Part shown: one piece after another, positions 60,005 to 64,000 of the stretch
How the letters are laid out: every line of letters begins with the position of its first letter
How positions within the stretch are numbered: the stretch's first letter is position 1
Source: Gammaproteobacteria bacterium
Lineage (GTDB): Bacteria; Pseudomonadota; Gammaproteobacteria; WFUO01
NCBI GenBank assembly: GCA_015484945.1
Contig: WFUO01000061.1
Location: 3,510-67,509 of the forward strand
Direction of reading: 5' to 3'
Length of the DNA: 64,000 bases
Position numbers and translations under genes: made by a program
Notes under the pieces: generated by a model
Seen by the model: the letters and a program-made list of their open reading frames with translations, nothing else
What the model was told of the DNA's origin: nothing
Databases searched by the model: none

Positions 60005-60744
60005 GTGACGGCACCATCCACGGTATCCATGCGGTCATGGCCGTGCTACGGCGCGAGCCCCGGCGTATCCGCCGCTTGCTGATTGCGCGCGGGCGTCGTG
60101 ACCGGCGACTCGACGAGTTGCTGGCCCTGGCGCATGAATCGGGCATCGCTGTCGTGCAGGCCGAGCGCAAGGCGCTCGACGAGCTGACCGGTGGCGCACG
60201 TCACCAGGGTGTGGTGGCCGAGGCCTCGCCTGCCCAGGCCGGAGATGAATCGTCGCTGACTGCGCTGCTCGATACGTTGGTCGAGGAACCGCTGTTGCTG
60301 GTGCTCGATGGCGTGACCGATCCGCACAATCTGGGCGCCTGTCTGCGCACTGCGGATGCCGCCGGCGTGCACGCCGTGATCGTTCCCAAGGATCGTTCGG
60401 CCGGCCTTACCCCCGTTGTCTCCAAGGTGGCTTGCGGTGCGGCCGAGACGGTGCCATTCATTCAGGTTACCAACCTGGCGCGGACGCTCAAACGTTTGCA
60501 GCAGCGGGGCATCTGGCTTGCCGGTCTGGCCGGCGAGGCTGAACAAACCCTCTACCAGGCCAACCTGCACGGGCCGCTGGCGGTCGTCATGGGCGCTGAA
60601 GGGCAGGGTCTGCGGCGCCTGACCCGCGAGACCTGTGATTTTCTGTTACGTATTCCCATGCACGGTTTGATCGAGAGCCTGAACGTCTCGGTCGCTACCG
60701 GGGTGGTGCTGTTCGAGGCCCTGCGTCAGCGCTTGCGGCCATGA
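60001..60744 (+). CDS. rlmB: 23S rRNA (guanosine-2'-O)-methyltransferase RlmB
   Basis: SpoU/TrmH motifs LLVLDGVTDPHNLGACLRTADAAGV, GAEGQGLRRL, ESLNVSVATG. ATGA overlap with rnr, in the same order as E. coli. Confidence 0.92.
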   Translation: MSDGTIHGIHAVMAVLRREPRRIRRLLIARGRRDRRLDELLALAHESGIAVVQAERKALDELTGGARHQGVVAEASPAQAGDESSLTALLDTLVEEPLLLVLDGVTDPHNLGACLRTADAAGVHAVIVPKDRSAGLTPVVSKVACGAAETVPFIQVTNLARTLKRLQQRGIWLAGLAGEAEQTLYQANLHGPLAVVMGAEGQGLRRLTRETCDFLLRIPMHGLIESLNVSVATGVVLFEALRQRLRP

Positions 60745-60748
60745 TGAA

Positions 60749-60777
60749 TTGAAAAGCCGCCCGGTAGCCAGTATAAT
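60749..60777 (+). promoter_or_regulatory. Putative sigma70 promoter of the rpsF operon
   Basis: TTGAAA (60749-60754), a 17 nt spacer, TATAAT (60772-60777), followed by the GC-rich discriminator cgcgcg. About 90 nt leader to the rpsF ATG. Confidence 0.6.
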
Positions 60778-60867
60778 CGCGCGTTCTGGCCACAATGGGC
60801 CAGCACAATCCGATTCACTCCTTGCCTTACCACAGGGTTGGAAGGCTACAAACCACAGGGAGCATAC

Positions 60868-61299
60868 ATGAGACACTACGAAATCGTGTTTCTGGTCCAT
60901 CCTGACCAGAGCGAACAGGTCCCCGCAATGATCGATCGCTATCGTGCCGGTATCGAGGGCAAGGGCGGCAAGATCCATCGTCTCGAAGACTGGGGCCGTC
61001 GTCAGCTGGCGTATCCGATCCAGAAGCTGCACAAGGCGCACTATATTCTGATGAATATCGAATGCAATCAGGAAGCGTTGGACGAACTGGAAAACGCCTT
61101 CCGCTTCAACGATGCGGTATTGCGTAACCTGATCATCAAGATGGACGAGGCCGTGACCGAGCCTTCTCCGATGGCCAAGAGCAACGAGAAGGAAAAGGAG
61201 GCCAGCCGTCGAAGCGAGAGCGCTGAGCCGGCACAGGCTGCGGAACAGCCTGCCGCCGAGGTCGAGGATGATGCCGACAGCGCGCCGGCCGATGCCTGA
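60868..61299 (+). CDS. rpsF: 30S ribosomal protein S6
   Basis: [25 protein letters not shown] with an acidic C-terminal tail. SD gggag upstream of ATG 60868. Confidence 0.97.
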   Translation: MRHYEIVFLVHPDQSEQVPAMIDRYRAGIEGKGGKIHRLEDWGRRQLAYPIQKLHKAHYILMNIECNQEALDELENAFRFNDAVLRNLIIKMDEAVTEPSPMAKSNEKEKEASRRSESAEPAQAAEQPAAEVEDDADSAPADA

Positions 61300-61339
61300 T
61301 CCGGGTTTCGCCTGACAACAGATTCAAGAGGAATACACG

Positions 61340-61564
61340 ATGTCTCGTTATTTTCGCCGCAAGAAATTCTGCCGCTTCACCGCGGAAGGCATAGAAACGA
61401 TCGATTACAAGGATATCAACCTGCTAAAGGGTTATATCTCGGAGACCGGCAAGATCGTTCCGAGCCGGATCACCGGTACCAAGGCCAAGTATCAGCGCCA
61501 GCTGGCGACCGCGATCAAGCGCGCCCGCTTTCTGGCCCTTTTGCCGTACACGGATCAGCACTGA
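61340..61564 (+). CDS. rpsR: 30S ribosomal protein S18
   Basis: [47 protein letters not shown]. Confidence 0.97.
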   Translation: MSRYFRRKKFCRFTAEGIETIDYKDINLLKGYISETGKIVPSRITGTKAKYQRQLATAIKRARFLALLPYTDQH

Positions 61565-61645
61565 TCTGCAAGAAGCCGGCACCCGTTACCAACGGGGTGG
61601 GCATGGCAAGCGGGAGAGGGTGATGAGCGCCACAGGCACCAGAAC

Positions 61646-62578
61646 ATGCGCAGTCTGATAGCCCTGCTCCTGTCCGGGCCCTGGCCGGCAGCGTCGCTGG
61701 TGTTCGCATTCATTACTGCGGGCCTGGTGCCGACACCGTTGATGGGCCTGCTGGCCTATCTGGGCGCAAGTTTCGTTGCCCTGGTGACGTTGCAGATCGG
61801 CATCCCGCAGGCGCTGAGGGTGATGATCATGGCCCTGGTCGGTCATGCCATCGTGGTAAAACTGGTGGGCCTGCCTTTGACGATGCAATGGCCGGTGGTC
61901 TGGATGCTGGCCAGTGTCTGGCTTGGCGCCGTGATGATGCGCATCGGCGGGCCGATGGCCTGGGGCATGCAGACCGTAGTGCTGTCGGGTCTGCTGTTGA
62001 TCGGTATCATCTATCTGGTACTGGGCGATCCGGTGGCGTACTGGCAGAAGCAGTTGTGGAACAACCGCACCGATCTGGCTCAACTGATGAGCAGGCTTGG
62101 TCAGGCCAGCGACGAACAACACCTGCGCGCGATGATCACGTTCATCGCGCCGTTGATGACCGGTTTTCAGGTCATGTTGATGGTGCTGGGCGCGATGTTC
62201 GCGTTACTGCTGGGGCGGCTGTGGCAGAGCCTGGTATCGCAGCCCGGCGGTTTTGGCGAGGAGTTTTCGAACCTGGGTTTTTCGCGCCGCTTCGGCCTGT
62301 TGACCCTGGTGATACTGGCTGTGGCCTGGTTCGTGAAGTTGCCACTGCTGCTGAATCTTGCCACGGTGCTGATCGTGGCCTGGGTGTTTCCCGGGCTGGC
62401 CGTGATCCACGGGCTGGCGCGGATGGGGAGTACGGGTATGGGCTGGCTGATCGCCACCTACCTGTTGCTGTTTTTTGTGCCCCACATGATGGTGTTCATG
62501 CTGGCGCTGCTGGGTTTGAGCGACAGCTGGGCAGGTTTCAGACAACGCCGCCGCCCGCAAGATGGGGATGACGGTTGA
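61646..62578 (+). CDS. Polytopic membrane protein (DUF2232-like), conserved between rpsR and rplI
   Basis: 310 aa with about 7-8 TM helices. Same position as the uncharacterised membrane gene in the Pseudomonas rpsF-rpsR-x-rplI-dnaB operon. The family name is from memory. Confidence 0.6.
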   Translation: MRSLIALLLSGPWPAASLVFAFITAGLVPTPLMGLLAYLGASFVALVTLQIGIPQALRVMIMALVGHAIVVKLVGLPLTMQWPVVWMLASVWLGAVMMRIGGPMAWGMQTVVLSGLLLIGIIYLVLGDPVAYWQKQLWNNRTDLAQLMSRLGQASDEQHLRAMITFIAPLMTGFQVMLMVLGAMFALLLGRLWQSLVSQPGGFGEEFSNLGFSRRFGLLTLVILAVAWFVKLPLLLNLATVLIVAWVFPGLAVIHGLARMGSTGMGWLIATYLLLFFVPHMMVFMLALLGLSDSWAGFRQRRRPQDGDDG

Positions 62579-62611
62579 GGTGTCACATATCAACGACAGA
62601 GGGTAGTCAAG

Positions 62612-63058
62612 ATGGAAGTCATTCTGCTGGAAAAAGTCGAAAACCTGGGCAATCTGGGTGACAAGGTCAACGTCAAGCCGGGATATGGCCGCAATTACCT
62701 GATTCCCATGGGCAAGGCCAAACCGGCTACCGAGGCCAACATCGCCGAGTTCGAGGCGCGACGCGCCGAGCTGGAAAAGGCCGCAAAGGAGGCCCTGGAT
62801 GCCGCCACGGCCCGCAAGGAGGCGCTCGAGGCGTTGAGCATCACGATCACCGCCAAGGCCGGTGACGAAGGAAAGCTGTTCGGTTCCATCGGGCCGATCG
62901 ACATCGCAGAGGCCGTAGTCTCCGCCGGTGTCCAGGTCGAAAAGAAGGAAGTGCGCATGCCGGAAGGCCCGATTCGCATGATTGGCGAATACGACATCAC
63001 CTTCCACCTTCACACCGATGTGGATGCGGCCATCAAGGTCATTGTCGAGGCCGAATAA
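62612..63058 (+). CDS. rplI: 50S ribosomal protein L9
   Basis: [36 protein letters not shown]. Confidence 0.97.
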   Translation: MEVILLEKVENLGNLGDKVNVKPGYGRNYLIPMGKAKPATEANIAEFEARRAELEKAAKEALDAATARKEALEALSITITAKAGDEGKLFGSIGPIDIAEAVVSAGVQVEKKEVRMPEGPIRMIGEYDITFHLHTDVDAAIKVIVEAE

Positions 63059-63251
63059 CTGGCGCTTGAGAAACCGGCAGCAAGGCCCGGCTGTGTTGTG
63101 ACGCGCTGCCCGTATTTCCGCCGGTTTGTCTTCTGCCCTGTCTCGTCGTTGTGCCGCGTGCGCCTTGCGTGAAGCCTTCTGGCGAGGTCTCTCCACAGCC
63201 TGACGAACGGCTGTGCGGTGGCGCTGACGCCGCACCTTATCCTGACTGCCC

Positions 63252-63281
63252 CGCCGCGCCGGTTTCCCGGTGCGGCGTTTT
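63252..63281 (+). terminator. Rho-independent terminator-like hairpin
   Basis: cgccgcgccgg (63252-63262), loop tttc, ccggtgcggcg (63267-63277, one G-U pair), then tttt (63278-63281). Lies 194 nt after the rplI stop. Confidence 0.5.
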
Positions 63282-63381
63282 CATGGGCTGTTGGCGATTT
63301 TTCATTCCTCCCTATTGTTCACCGGCGCGGGCTGGTGCATGATAGATTGCCTGTCAGCCTGTGCAACCGGATTGCTGATCC

Positions 63382-64000
63382 ATGCCCGAACTGTTGTCCA
63401 CACCACCGCCCGATATGGAAACCGAATCGTTGCGCGTGCCGCCGCATTCCGAAGAGGCGGAGCAGGCCGTGCTGGGCGGACTGATGCTTTCCAATCAGGC
63501 CTGGGACCAGATTGCCGACATTGTCAGCGAGACCGATTTCTACCGCCACAGCCATCGTCTGATCTTTCGCGCCGTGCATGATCTGTCCGAGGCCAACGAG
63601 CCGTTCGATGCGGTCACGCTGGCGGATCGCCTGGCACGCGACGGGACGCTGGACGAAGCGGGCGGGCTGGCCTACCTGGGCATGCTCGCCAAGGACACTC
63701 CCAGCGCCGCCAACATCAAGGCCTACGCGCAGATCGTGCGTGACCGCTCCATCCTGCGTCAGTTGATCGCCGTAGGCACCGAGATCGCCAACAGTGGCTA
63801 TCAGCCCGAGGGGATGGAAACCGAAAAGCTGCTCGATCGCGCCGAGCAAAAGGTGTTCGAGATCGCTGAGCAGAACCAGCGTGGTTCGGGTGGCATGAAG
63901 GATATCAGAACCCTGCTGGCCAAAGCGGTCGATCGCATAGATACCCTGTACCAGCAGGACGACCCGATCACTGGCATCGCCACCGGTTTTACAGACTTCG
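63382..64000 (+). CDS. dnaB: Replicative DNA helicase DnaB (N-terminal part, runs off the window)
   Basis: Absent from the ORF track because there is no stop in the window. The frame is open from ATG 63382 (alternative ATG 63415) to 64000. Contains LRVPPHSEEAEQAVLGGLMLSNQAWD, FYRHSHRLIF and ITGIATGFTDF. Confidence 0.92.
   Translation, partial: MPELLSTPPPDMETESLRVPPHSEEAEQAVLGGLMLSNQAWDQIADIVSETDFYRHSHRLIFRAVHDLSEANEPFDAVTLADRLARDGTLDEAGGLAYLGMLAKDTPSAANIKAYAQIVRDRSILRQLIAVGTEIANSGYQPEGMETEKLLDRAEQKVFEIAEQNQRGSGGMKDIRTLLAKAVDRIDTLYQQDDPITGIATGFTDF

Noticed and set aside
61300-61645. Absence of priB between rpsF and rpsR as a possible deletion or anomaly.
   Set aside because: The rpsF-rpsR-membrane protein-rplI-dnaB layout without priB is the normal arrangement in Pseudomonas-like gammaproteobacteria, so it is not an anomaly in itself.

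Overview
High-GC (about 60-67% in sampled slices) gammaproteobacterial-type chromosomal segment, densely packed with housekeeping genes. I call 57 genes: 55 CDS, two of them truncated at the window edges (holC at the left, dnaB at the right), plus 2 tRNAs. Much of the order reproduces blocks known from E. coli and Pseudomonas: holC-pepA<>lptF-lptG; pcnB-folK-(dNK)-panB-panC-panD; queG<>nnr-tsaE-amiB-mutL-miaA-hfq-hflX-hflK-hflC-DUF2065-hisZ-purA; rnr-rlmB; rpsF-rpsR-(membrane protein)-rplI-dnaB. A 17 kb carbon-storage supercluster lies between these blocks: ppc, glgA, pgi, glk, glgB, glgC, GH57, malQ, glgP. I found no rRNA, CRISPR array, transposase, integrase, prophage or recognisable defence system. 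The many long antisense ORFs in the track are GC-driven shadow ORFs, and several track ORFs carry spurious N-terminal extensions, which I trimmed. Most of the window is ordinary core genome. The unusual parts are small insertions into the conserved synteny. (1) Three tandem DUF2173/Roadblock-like paralogs are followed by a leaderless amidase-like protein whose Amidase_3 motifs appear in permuted order (4991-6717). (2) A 1.3 kb low-GC spacer splits panC from panD and carries an orphan basic lipoprotein. (3) An EAL-CZB (zinc-sensor type) c-di-GMP phosphodiesterase sits antisense between amiB and mutL. (4) An accessory block between purA and rnr contains an APC permease, a eukaryote-like type IIIA P-type H+-ATPase of lower GC, a GGDEF-EAL sensor and two tRNAs. 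(5) There are several structured or repeat-bearing intergenic regions. All family assignments rest on motif reading by eye, and no database search was run.
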